From Psilocybe cubensis (Eukaryota), in assembly GCA_017499595.2 (NCBI GenBank), contig CM039005.1:1860001-1924000 (forward strand): a stretch of 64,000 nucleotides of DNA. Direction: 5' to 3'. Made by a program: the position numbers and the translations under genes. Shown here piece by piece: positions 12,408-25,019 of this stretch (position 1 is its first letter; every line of letters starts with the position of its first letter). The notes beneath the pieces were generated by a model. The model did not search any database and was not told the DNA's origin. It saw only the letters and a list, made by a program, of their open reading frames with translations.

Positions 12408-14122
12408 TTAGTCGGCCAAAACTCCCAACTGCAACGTGAAACCATCGTGTGCAACGCGAGGTAAAGCCTTTGTGAAAATGTCTGCCAAATTGTTTGAAGT
12501 GTTGATGTAAACCGTGTCGAGCGTCTTCTTCTCCACCAAGTCGCGTAGGAAATGAAATGCAATGTCAATGTGCTTCGTACGGGCATGGAATTCTGGATGA
12601 TGCGCAATCGAAATGGCTGCCGTATTGTCGGTAAAGATGGTTGACGTCGATGGAATGTGGAAACCGAGCTCCGTGAAGAGTGAGCGGTGCCATAAGACTT
12701 GCTTCGCCGCATGTGTTGTGGAAACGTATTCGGCTTCAGCGGTTGAAAGTGCGACCGTATTCTGTTTCTTCGAGCTCCATGCCACAGCGCCGCCTGCTAT
12801 AGTAACCACGTATCCGCTAGTCGATTTCCGATCGTAGTTTTCAGCCCAATCGGCGTCGCAATAAACATTGAGATTTACGTCCAAAACTTGCGAATCGCCG
12901 CCGTAAGTGAGTTTGTGATTGCGCGTGCCCTTCAGATAGCGAAATATACGTTTGACAGCGGTCCAATGAGTCGATTTTGGCTTGCTGGTGAATTGCGCGA
13001 GTTTGTATACCGCAAACGCGATGTCTGGACGAGTTCCGAGTGCCAGATACATGAGCGAGCCAATGACCGTTGCATAACTGAATCCTAAACGCGAATTAAC
13101 CTCCCCCTGACCGTCTCCATCCTCCCGAACACCTTCATCCTTATCCAATCGCACGTTCGGGTCCATAGGCGTCGAAACGGGGTTCGCGTCTTGTAAACCA
13201 AACTTCTCGAGGAGTTTGTCGATGTAGTGTGCTTGCGAGAGCGAAATGTAATGGTCCTTTTGCTCGAGCTTGAATCCTAGCATCATTGAGGGCTGACCCA
13301 TCGATTTAACGTCGAATTTCGAGCCTAATTCACGCTCCAGCTGGTCGTTGAGCGAGCCGTTCGTTGAGAAACTGATTATGTCGTCCACCCAGGTAACTAA
13401 AATTGTAAAATCGCCGTTTTCAGCTCGACGGATGTAGCAGCAGTAATCGCTCTTGAGTTTCGTAAAACCGAATGAAGTGAGAGCGTTATCGAGTTCATGG
13501 TTCCATACGTTTCCTGCCTGCTTGAGACCGTAAAGCGAACGAATGAGACGGCATGCCTGACCAGTGCCATCGTCATAACCGGGTGGTTGGACCATATAAA
13601 TCTCCTCCGAGATGTAACCGTGCAAATATGCACCCTTTATATCGAATTGACGCATCTTGAGATTGTGTACGGCCGAATATGCGAGTAGCGAGCGTAGCGT
13701 GTCGAATCGCATGACTGGTGCAAATGTTCCGTCCTCGCTGTAGTCTGTACCAGGTCTCTGAGAGCATCCCTGAACGACTAGTCGGGCCTTGTACTTGATG
13801 ACGTTCCCGTTTTCGTCCCTTTTCTTCGCGTAGACCCAACGGCATCCAACCAGTTTCCTTCCATCCGGAATCTTCATCATCTCCCAAGTACCCATCTGTA
13901 AAAGCGTCTCGATTTCTTCGTCCATAGCTGCCTTCCACGCAGCTGCCTCACAGCTTTCCAAAGCTTCTTCAAGTGTCCGAGGTACGTCCGATTCGCGCAT
14001 GGCAAAGACACGTTCCGAATCGTCTAAAATCGCGCCCCACAGCTGTTCTTTGACGACGTTTGCTTGCTCCGTTGCTGTAGACTTTGCGCTCGAGGTCTCG
14101 GTCGATTTTGTAGCGATTTGTG
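12408..14122 (-). CDS. Copia pol C-terminal part: reverse transcriptase and RNase H
   Basis: YKARLV, QFDIKGAYLHG, SLYGLKQAG, WVDD catalytic motif, and RNase H motifs YCDADWA, ALSTAEAEY, TDN and RTKHIDI. The stop codon overlaps the PPT. Confidence 0.95.
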
Positions 14123-14486
14123 CACATAGTGTTGTAACATTGTACTGTACCATACGATACAATGAACATATATATTGGATCATATGATATGGATTCAATG
14201 AATACATTGAGACAGTGAATAATACACGTATCAAACAGGTAATCTACACTGTATCATATGGTACGGATTCACTGAACCAGTATGGATTATCAAGCCCACA
14301 GGGCCACTTTCACCATATCTTCAATTCGTGCTGTTCTAAGGCCAGTCTGATGTCGGGTGGCATATGTCGGACTACCGTACAACTCCAAAATCTAAATAAA
14401 GACAGTGTATCAAAAGTTCAACTCGGTACCATCGCAATTCTTTCGTGATTGATGCATAGTAGATCAGCGTAGAACTAAGTCGGAGG

Positions 14487-14560
14487 ATGGAGAAATCAAA
14501 GCCGACTGGAACCATGCGCGGAATGGAGAAATCGAGGCCGCCGACTGGAACCATGCGTGG
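14487..14560. repeat. Two-copy direct repeat of about 36-39 bp near the left end of the KDZ element
   Basis: ATGGAGAAATC...GCCGACTGGAACCATGCG occurs twice. Confidence 0.75.
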
Positions 14561-14767
14561 ATTTACTATACTTCACAAACTGTTGACTCTCTGATGTACC
14601 CAAGTCAGACTTAAGGGAAATTTTGATAATGAGTATACATCAAAGTCTAAGAACACATCTCAGAGTCGGATATTGTAAACTTATTCGTTGATCTTGGACT
14701 TTGTCAAATAATCCATATTCACAAAATCAGACTTCACACAGAACAAGTTATTATTGAATTATCTAAT

Positions 14768-15357
14768 CTATTTTTTTTCCCCTTCATTGACACTATGGCG
14801 TTGTGCAATATATTGCAAAGACTTTCCTATATGTTTGTCCAATGCGCCCAAATTCCTGCGATGGATATTTGCTAACTGTATCTTTTCCACTTCGGCAAGG
14901 TACAGTCTATGCGCGGCGTCTTTGTAGGAGATTCCGAGACGTTTTTGAAGGCTGAGAACTTCCGCGTGAAGACTCAATCGTTCTTGATCGGTCAACGGCT
15001 ATTTTAAATGAGGTCAACCAAAGTCTTCAGTTAACAAAAGAGATATAGATGACACTCACCGGTTCTGGTGGTATATGAAGATTACCTCCCAAGGTATTGT
15101 AGATTTGGTCATTCTTCGCTAACGGATCCTAAACATTTTAATCAGCATGCTGCTGATTAAATGTCGTGTAGAAGCAATGTACTTACAATTCCCGAAGCAC
15201 TCGTAACACCGATATTTGATTTGGCTCGCTGAACGGCAAATGATTGCACCAAGGACGGTGCAACAAAATCAGGAACGAAGTAATCCCGGTTGTCGGGACC
15301 AAGGATGAGTGTGTAGCCATCGGGGAGGTGGTACTCAAAAGAACTTTCTTCTGGCAT
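14768..15357 (-). CDS. Small hypothetical cargo protein of the KDZ element (3 exons)
   Basis: MPEESSFEYHLPDGYTLILGPD... is joined by GT-AG introns to ...RLSLHAEVLSLQKRLGISYKDAAHRLYLAEVEK. Confidence 0.65.
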
Positions 15358-15621
15358 GAGTGAATAGGGTGGGGTATGGAAAAAGGTGGGACAAGCAAGC
15401 AAATTTATATTCTGTCGGCATTTTTAATAGGAGTCGAGGGTAATCTTGAGTCGCGTAGATTTCAAATTAGTTCACGTGATCGTTTGGCGTGGCGCGTTCC
15501 TGATTAGATCAACTTGGCGAATTCATAGATGCTTTTGAAATTATCCTTGCCTCTGTCCACCACAACCTCCTGCATAACCTCCTGCATAACCACTCACACT
15601 CTGTTTTAATACTCTGTAAAC

Positions 15622-18568
15622 ATGGCCTCCTCGTTCTCAGATGCTGCTGCTCTTCGCCTTGCATTGGCCGAACTCGATGCAGGAATCAAGAATGCCGTGA
15701 AAAATGGGGGAATAAAAGAGTACATCCAATCGGTGAAGAGGAAAGTGGTACGTGTCACTGTTTTTTATTCGATCAAATCTTAAAATTCAACTACAACTTG
15801 TAGAAACAACTCTTCGAAGCTCAAAAACTCGGCGTTTTTCGCGAGGTCTTTGAAGAGTTTGGTACATTTTTATGGAATGTCGTCATAGAATACAATACAA
15901 CTCGAAAGCAGAACACGTTCAATCTCGACGCGTTTCTTCAAACCCATAGGCTGAAGCTTCAACAGCTGGAGATGGCGGATATATCAAAGGACAAAACGGC
16001 TGCCAATGCTAAAGTTCCCGCCGCCGCTAACGTTCCCGCCACCGCCAAAGTTCCCGCCCCTGCTAAAGTTCCCGCCGCCACTAAGGTTTCCGCCGCCCCT
16101 TTTCCGACAAAGGCAAATCCCGACGCCTCTGCTTTGAAGGGAGGCTTTGAGTCCAGCTTTAAGGGAGCAGTTGGATCCGCTGTTTCTTTAAAATGTAAGT
16201 TTTATTTGAATATTTCTACATTCTGTATTCACAATTTCTTGAATTACTAGCTTCTGCATCTAAGGACAACATCACTCATCAAAAAAAACCCATGCCCGTC
16301 AAACTTCCCGAGCCTGTTGAACGCCCCGCGCCTGTTGAGCGCCCCGTGCCTGTCGAACGCCCCGCGCCTGTCAAGAAGGCCAACCCTTCCGCTAGTCGTG
16401 ATCCAGCCTTGAATACATCTGGACCGGCGACAAAACATGTCAAGCCCCTCCCAAAATCCGATGGTTTGAAGCTCACAAACCTTGAGGAAATGGTGGAGCA
16501 CCTAGAGAAGACGGTCAGCGATAAAAAGTCAAAGTCAAAAAAGATCAAGTCCGCTACTGCCGCTGCCAACGCCGATCCCGACTTGACGCTCGCCGAGAAG
16601 TACCATGTCTTAGCACTACAGGCTATGGACCAACCTGATTCGCCTATGCACGATTTTCAGAAAAAGAAGCAACTTTCAAAGCGTGCCAATTCGGAGGATC
16701 GGGAGAATTGGCACGACTCCGCGTCGGAGTGGAAGGAATCCGAAACCTCGCATCATGAAACCCCCGCTAATGGCTCCAAGAGGAAGAGGAAGAATTCGGA
16801 AACTGCTGACCCGAAGTGCAAGCGGTGCATACAAATGGATTTTGAGTGTAAGGAGCGGAATTGTGTTTGGAAGAAGGGTGGTTTGAAGGCATGTTTTGAG
16901 TGTTGGAGAGACAAAAAGAAGTGTTCATTGCGTGTAAGTACACAGCTTCCTACAACAATGTTTACTAATTTTTTGGGGTGGATAAGGACTCCGAAATGGG
17001 TGAAGGAGACGTTGCGGCGGGCAAGGGGAAGGCAAAGCCCAGCAAAAACCCCTCCAAACATGCTTTGTTGTCGAAAGCTCAGGCTACCAAGGTCAAGTCA
17101 GCCAAGTACATCGAGTCCAGCGGTGATGAAGAACCGTCCCGCTCACCGCCAAAGAAGAAGAAAAAAATGTCGGACACTGTTCAATCGAAAGGGAAAGCGT
17201 CGGAGGCTGTCAACAATCAGACCGACGACGATATTGAGTTTATTGAAGTCCCACCAAAGGAAAAAATCCGCAAAGTCCATCCCGACGACAATATTCCACG
17301 AGGTATGTCTTCAGTAGCCGTATACTTTTGTGTTTTCTTACTCTTACACCTCCATAGAAGGCCCACAAACCGTCAAGAAAACTATGCCCCCCAAAACTCA
17401 CACTCAAGGTCGCAAGATATCCGAAATTGAGTCCGACGATGACTCTGACTTGGAAATAAATAAATCCGTTGCAAGTCATAATACATCAGGTATGTTTGAA
17501 CTTTGATTTGATTTACAAACTAATACTTTGATTATAGTAATATTGAAAAACCGGAATCCGACACCTGTCCCGACATTTCAAGCCGCCGCCCAGATTCCGC
17601 AAGATCTTGCTGGCCACCCATTCATTGCCGACCTAGTAAAACGGTTGACCGCTGTAGAAAATAAGCAGAAATCCTATGAGGAACATTGTGCTGATCTCTA
17701 CGCACAGGTCGAGGACATCAAAAATGAAGTTGAAGAAATCGAAAAGTCCGTTGGCCATCACCAAGTCAAGGTATGGAACCAAGACGAACAAATCAACTCC
17801 GTTGAGCGATCTGTCGCACACCACAAGCAACTTGCCGATGGAACGTCGGGATTGTTGAACCAAACAATCGTGATGTTGAAGAGTGTGCGAAAGGGCCTTG
17901 CAAAACTTCAAGGGCGCATGGATGGGGTTGTGGAAAGGTTGGACGATGTGGAGGGGAGATTGGTGGATTATCCCAACTTGGACTCACAATCAGAGTTTGA
18001 GTCGGGCAATTTGGGGTCATCACATTCTAGTGAATCCGCGGATGCACTAGATGCCCACCCCACAGATGTTGAGACAGAGGCGGACACCAATGACGCCACC
18101 ACCAACCCAATTGGAGTTGAAACCGATGAAGATGCCGACGCCGACGCCGACACTGACACTGAAATTACCCCCGAGGGTAAAATCAATGCCGACGCCAACT
18201 CAGACGCCAACGACGACGCCGACGCCGACACAGAAATTACCCCAGAAGGTAAAACTAATGCTCCAGCGGCATTTCCAGTGAGCGGCACCACCTCAGATAA
18301 TACAATAGACACCGACACATCTAGCGGCACTGGGGTTGTTCCCGCCGCAGCCTCCAATACTGGTGACAATAACTTCTTGAACCACAGCGCCGACAACAAC
18401 TTCAATGACAGTGTGGAATCAGGCTCTAATATGAGTCTTGAATCCGAGTTGTCCAACACCTCCAATGCCGACAAGGTTGCCTCAAAAACTGGCGTTTTGC
18501 CCGACTACAGGTCGGATACTTCCCCTTCTCCAGCAGCGCCAAAGTTGGATGCCGACAAAGACTTGTGA
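15622..18568 (+). CDS. KDZ cargo protein with a Zn2Cys6-like cluster, coiled coil and low-complexity repeats, multi-exon
   Basis: CKRC-x6-C-x14-CFEC-x6-C, AKVPAA and PVERPA tandem repeats, Lys-rich NLS-like stretches, a heptad-like coiled coil at about 17630-17960 and an acidic tail. Confidence 0.7.
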
Positions 18569-18700
18569 TCAGGGGGTGGGGAATTTTTAGTGTAGCCTTT
18601 AGTTGATTTTTTTGCCTTCAATAAATTCATTTGCTCAAGAGTTCACATGCATAGAACAAAAAAAAGAAGTGTATTAATAGTAAATCTAAAGGTAAAACTG

Positions 18701-21001
18701 CTAGCTAGTCCTTTCTCTTACACGGCGAACCCGTTTTCCAGACAAGATGAGTGATTCTTCCACTTCTGACCTTTTTTTTCGTTTTCCTGTAGTTTGTACT
18801 GATTCAGTGGGTGAATTGACTCGGACCTGACTTGCAGATGTTTCCGCAGCGGCAGTTCCATTTGTGAGAATATCTCTCTCAATATTCCGTGCCTCTTCCA
18901 ATAAGCGTCGGTTTTCTTCTGCCTGAGCAATTTCTTCAACGGTAACTGGCTTGCGTCGGGGACGTGGTTTAGGTCGGGGTATTGGCTGTTGGGCGGGTAC
19001 GTTAACAGTAGTAGATATCGGAGCGGGAATATTGCGCTGTGGTATAATATTCTCCACAGGATTTACTTCCATACGTTCTGGCGGAGGATAGATGAATGTT
19101 GGCAGGTGAGAAAAGGAAGGGTTGTTCATATCGAGGTTGGAAACTGGACCAGTTTCCAGACTGAACTGTTGTGTGTCAGGAATCTGAGGTTGCAACATGT
19201 CTTTGTCTGCAAAGGTATCTTGAAGATGAGTCAGGCCAGTGGTCGGATCTGAGCTAAGAGCGGATTGTGGATGGTTGAAATCCGCACGGCCATCCTGTCC
19301 AAGGAGCTGAGGGTCAATCTGTGAATTATCAATACTATTGAATGAAATGAGTTGAGATCCGCCTTGCATTTCCTCAATGCGCAATGGAGGTTGGGTTGCT
19401 GCCTGGGTAGGTTTTGACTTCGTTGGCTTGCCTCTTCGTCGACTTTTTTTAGGGGGTGGGATTGGTCGTTTCGGCTCGTCAAGTCGGAATTCTTCATCGG
19501 GATATTTGCTGTATACCATTTCATCGCCTTTTCGGTGTTTCTTGACCTTTCTGAACCTAAAAACCTGACTTAGTGGAAATGTCTCCTGTCGTTGTCTCAA
19601 ATGAATCAACAGAAGATGAATATCCTCAATAGTCATGTTTCTTGGCGGAGCTAATTTGAGCCCTCAAGGTAAGTACTCTGGGGATATGAATGCCGCTTGC
19701 TTTTTCTCAATGTGATCATAAGGAGGATGTTTACTTCGACCGTTTGTTGCCAGACCTAATAGTAGTATCATGGTTTGGCTGTAAAATTTAAATTAAAAGG
19801 TCACTCACTATAATGTTGGCTAAAGTATAAGCCCATGAGTGTTTCGAGTTGTCGTTTATTCAACTTGTCGGCTTCCAAGTCCCGTGGTAACTTGGGAAAT
19901 CCCTGTGCATCTTGGTCAAGCATCAAAATTCCTGATTCATCTCCGTTTCCTCCTCCATCCATTGCTCGATTCCTTGCATTTAACAACCCGCGCACATAGA
20001 CACCAATCAAACGTTTTATTTGTGTCACTTCAGCGGGTTTTTGATCTTCAAATGAAGTTGACGATACTCCGAGTGTACTAGAAATTACATCGTGACTAGA
20101 ATGAATGTGAAATTTAGTTAAAATACTAGAGATTTCAATTAAACAGAACTCACACCCTGACAGCTAGCTGTCCCGATTCTGTAAGCCGGGTAACGAAGGT
20201 GATATTCATGAGACCCATCTCCGCCCAATCTCGTTTTGAAGCTTCATCCAATTTCCGAAAAGCATGTTTGTCGGCATTGCTATTCATGATACAATGGTTA
20301 TTGAATAGTATATTTTGGGTTACTTGAAAAAACTTACACTCGTTTTTGCTCGTCAGTGTACTCAACGGAGTTTAATGCCTTCCCCTCAAGGTCAAGTTGC
20401 TTGAGTTCGGTGTCCGACATGCGCGCCAGAATGTTTCCCATGGCTTTCATTCTGTTTTCAAATATTCCAGGAGTACCGGCAGTAACAGAATCAATGCCCA
20501 GGATAGTAGCAATCTCTTTGTACACATCCTCTTTCCTAGTACGCCATAGAATAGTTGTTCTTTTCTTCGGATGGCCCGTAAGTTCCGCTTCTGTCGGCTT
20601 TGGTGAGCGCCAATTATTCCTTATCCATTTTAGTAATTTCTAGATGCGGATCAACGTCAATATCATGTCGGCGCTAAGACATCGGCGCCAATAGCTTGTC
20701 GGCACCACAATTTCCGAACACTAGACGCACGAACCTTTGCTTCTTGCTGAGCAAAATCCTCTGTTTGGGAAACAATTCTGCTCCCAGTTTCAACCCAATA
20801 ATTAAACAGGATTGGCAGAATGCTGCATACAACCTCCTTTCGCCCACGATTGCTTCCAGCATTCATGTATTGTTCCCTGAATGCTTCAATTCTTTGGCGT
20901 TCTTGATGGTTATATACCTTCTTCCTCTTATCGTGTACACGGAAAACATCTTCTAGCAAGAGACTCTTGTATTCCTCTGCCAGAGAGACTGTAGTATCCA
21001 T
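18701..21001 (-). pseudogene. KDZ cargo gene divergent from the transposase, with an in-frame TGA at 19664-19666
   Basis: ORFs 20663-21001, 20334-20525, 20150-20365, 19801-20028 and 18701-19636 link through GT-AG introns. The last exon reads FISPEYLP*GLKLAPPRNMTIEDIHLLLIHLRQRQ. Confidence 0.65.
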
Positions 21002-21283
21002 GTTCTATTATTATATATATCATTGTTGTCAGAAAAAACAAATATAAGGATGGTATAACAAGCAGTGCACTCACTTGGGTAATTCAAAACTTGAATAAGT
21101 AAAAATGCGAGGGCAATTGTGAGGGGAACAGGCTGACCAAGTATCCGTTGCGCATGTATATATATTCCACCTAGCTTTCGAATTTGAATTTACCTAAATT
21201 CTCTGGGCTTTCCATCAGATAATCAGATGTTTGGAACAAGGCCGGACGCCTGGGTCTTTCTTTCTTTCTTCCCTTCTACCATC

Positions 21284-24200
21284 ATGCCAAAAAGCTCACG
21301 AAAATCGAAGAAGAATACTCTGTACGAGGATGATGCTGAAGCAGCAGATGTCGTCACATATAAAATGCACAGTCGAACTACGCGCACAGGAAGAAGAGTG
21401 GAAGAATTAATCAAAGTCCCGTTAACCAGTGCGGAGCGATACCACATTAAAGAGGCTCAAGGACCTGCAGCCTCCACTGATGTTGATGAATATGATCCAG
21501 GGCCAGCACCTATGGACTGCAACAGTGGGGATGAAGATGATATGGTTCTTTCAAAACCCCGAAAGGCATGAGTTTAAAACACATTTCATTCAGTATAACT
21601 GCTTACGTGCACATTAGACGCAAAGAGACTATATTCTCCAGTTTGTTGAGAGAGTAGATGGCCTACTGGGAGCTCTGCTAAGCAGAGAGGCCCTCAATGT
21701 ACCAATGGAAAATTCCATTTGTACGCAGTGCCAGGGAAGCAATAATATTGCAACCTGGCGCTGTCGAGACTGCAGTTTACCGGCCATTATGTGCAGGAAG
21801 TGTATGCGAGTCAGCCACAAACCCAATCCTATGCACAGGGTTGAACAGTGGACAGGAACTCATTTTCGTAAGGCCGAACTATGGGAGGTTGGCACATATC
21901 TATTGATTCCCCACCACTCTGGTGAAGCCATATGCCCTTCTTTGAATGCTCGGATTGCATTTCTGGAATCTCTAGAGGAGCCCAAGGATTGGTCAGAGCA
22001 AGCTCGACTCAGGTCACTGGACCTCAGTCAAGTTCCATGGAGAACTGATGAAACAAGAGCCACCAGCATCAATGAATACAACACTCCACAGGATGTCAAT
22101 GAAATGGGAGCAGAACCAGAACCAAATGGCCCTTCAGATGCAGAGTTTGAGAAGTTATTGGACGACTTACTAGAAGACCCGTCTATGGAACTCCCATCTG
22201 ACGTTTTGGACGATGAGGACGAAGAAACTGCAAATGGCGACTCCGACGTCGGGAATATCCCACAATATCTGCAGTATCCGACAGAGGCAACACCTAATAT
22301 TTCTTCCCATGCCAACCACGTACCTAGAGTGGATGGCCTTAATAACTCTTACGTCCGCGTCGTTCATACAAATGGTCTTCATCATCTAGCAATGGTATCG
22401 TGTGTTTGCCACAGTCAAGGCTCTGATACATTGCCACTCGACCTTGTGGCAAGCAGACTATTGCCTACAAGTTTCTACCATACTCGCACACTATTTTCCG
22501 CCCATCTTCTCGATTACTTTCGTTTATCCAACTTGGAGCTCAAGGCGTCGGCATACCAGTTTTACTCGTTACTCAAACGCATAACAAATTCCATGGCACC
22601 ATCAAGTGTTGTCGACTTATATAACGAGTTCCGCAGGATGTCAAGGTTATGGAGATGGATGAAGAAATTGAAGTGGGCGGGATTTGCAGGTCACAATGGT
22701 AAAAGTGCCCTCAACGTTGGAAAAGGAGAACTGGCAAACTACTGTCCTGCCTGCCCGCAACCAGGCATCAATATTGATCCTAACTGGAGAGAGGATCCAA
22801 ATAAATGGGTTTACAAACGGATTTTTGTAGCAGATGGAAACTTTAAAGCCGACCACGTACGATCAGAAAAGCCATCGCGGGATATCTGGCTGTCGGAAGG
22901 CGGGGGTATGATGCCTCAAAGAGAGGAGTATCATGCATTTTTAAAGACAGCAATTGAAGCACTGACCGTGAGTCTAGTATATTTTTAAGTTGATCCTAAT
23001 TCCAAGTACTGTCTAGGGTGCACCTTGCGAGAACACTTTCCGCGCTATTCAAAATTCATTATTATCCTCCTCATCGTGCGATGTTACAGGTGTTGTTGGA
23101 GTGGCATGTGCCCGCCATGGCTGTTATGCTCCCAATGCTCTTGTCAACCTTTTCAAAGGCGAACAGCAAAAGAATGTTGATTTTGCCTTTCTAGCGGCCC
23201 TTCGCTCTACTGGAGTTCATCCCGATCAAGGAACAATGGTAATATATGACATTATCTGCCAGTACATCATCCATCTCTTGAAGCGAATCAAACAGCATCT
23301 CCCGAACGGTCTCAAAGTTGATCGTGCCATTGGAATGTTTCACGTCCATGCCCATAAAGACGAGTGTTTTTTCCGATATGCACCTACCTTTATTCCCGGG
23401 GCTGCTTGCGTTTGCGGAGAAATACTTGAATCTCTGTGGGCAGACTTAAACTCCATCTCTCCAGCCGCTCGCACTGCAACACTAGCGCATCGTACGGAGA
23501 TTCTGGATGATCACGCATCCGATTCAAACCACAAAAAGGCTCTGGAAATCACAAAATATCTTTGCCGAAGGCATCTGGAGTCTGTACAAGCACGAGAAAC
23601 CTATCGGATATCTTTTGCAAACTTGACAAAAGCCGCTGATCCCGACGCGGTTAACCTCTGGAAGAAACAGATAGAAGATGCCGAAGCCCGCAGATTGGAG
23701 GATCCCAAAGTGATGGATATCTACACAGCAAAGCGACCTGGACAAAGTACTTCATCAAATCGCGATTCTGAGGCTGAATGTACATCTGAGTCCTTGACTC
23801 CAACAGAGTCATGGATTCAATTTGCATTACTGGTCGAAGAGAAACAGTATGTTTACTATTGAATTAAACAATGCAACACTAACACCATTTCACTAACAGA
23901 CTTGATATCCGCGTCCGTGCACGGAGGTTGGTAAATCATGACCGACTTACCGACCGAGTCAAGTTGCAGAAGCTTCGGGACGCTCTCAAGCCTCTTTTAT
24001 CTCAACTTTCCTTGCTTCAAGCCAATGCGGGAGTGGTAACAACTGCAGTACACGGACAAAGCTTTTCTGAGCAGCTTTTTGTTGACTGGGAGGAGGACAA
24101 AGATGTTCTTGCGCCGGGATCGGCTCCACCAGAGTACGACGCCATTGATAAGCAGCTACTATGCCTGCCGTCTAACGGAACAGCGGACAATATATACGCG

Positions 24201-24980
24201 CCATACGAGCTGAAGGCACAGATTTCTCAGGCCCGAAGCCTCCTCGATCAACTTCGTGAACGCATTGCCGAGAGATCATTTCAATACTCCGACATTGTTC
24301 GTCATGCACCCCGGAAAGGTGTCCGCACAAGAGGATATGCCGCAGCAAAGGAACTCAAAGACCAAATATTCCTGCATGCACAGGCTTATTCACATTGTAG
24401 AAGTTGCCTCGTACAACTTGGTGCCGATGTCAGTACCTTGCAAGAATTCCGAATTTTAACCAAAGACGATGTGAAGTCTAGCACAGCAGTCATCAACCCA
24501 AATATTGCTGGATCCACCAAGTTCCGCCTCTCTTGGATTTGGTACTCAATAAACCAACGTCTCGGACCAAGATGGGCACTTGATCCAAATGCCGACTCCG
24601 CTGCGGATCCCTATAGTATTGGCGAGGATGCCGATCCCGCCACTGTTCTTGAATGTAGGTTTCCCAAATTTGGACACTACTGGGCGCTTATTTTTGCTTA
24701 TTTTTATCTAGTCAAACGTGTGCATTGGTTACGGGCAAGAGCACTGTACAACCGTTGGCTTGAAGAAGAAACTTTGGTTCGTTATGAAATGCGGTGGACC
24801 GTGTTATTTTTCCTTCATAAATCAAAGTGGTGGCTAGATACTATTAACGGTGACAGAGCCTTAACACCAGGTGCAACGGCGTATGCACATCGGCAGTCAC
24901 AGATGTACAAGCGCTTGGCATTGATTGGGGATCATTATTTTAAGCAGACAAATGTAAATTATACATCCATTATACTGTAA
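21284..24980 (+). CDS. CxC2-KDZ transposase, 5 exons, apparently intact
   Basis: Cys cluster CTQC..WRCRDC..CRKC..H..NPMHRVEQWTG, CxC2 VVHTNGLH..CVC, CPACPQPGIN, ADGNFK, CARHG, KGEQQKNVD, YDIICQY, FHVHAHKDEC, GEILESLW and WLRARA..RWLEE. Confidence 0.93.
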
Positions 24981-25019
24981 TTTCAAATTTATTTTTCACT
25001 GCCTTAACCTTGCACCTCC

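Noticed and set aside
14487-14560. Short direct repeats considered as a CRISPR-like array
   Set aside because: Only two adjacent copies, no unique spacers, and the context is eukaryotic.
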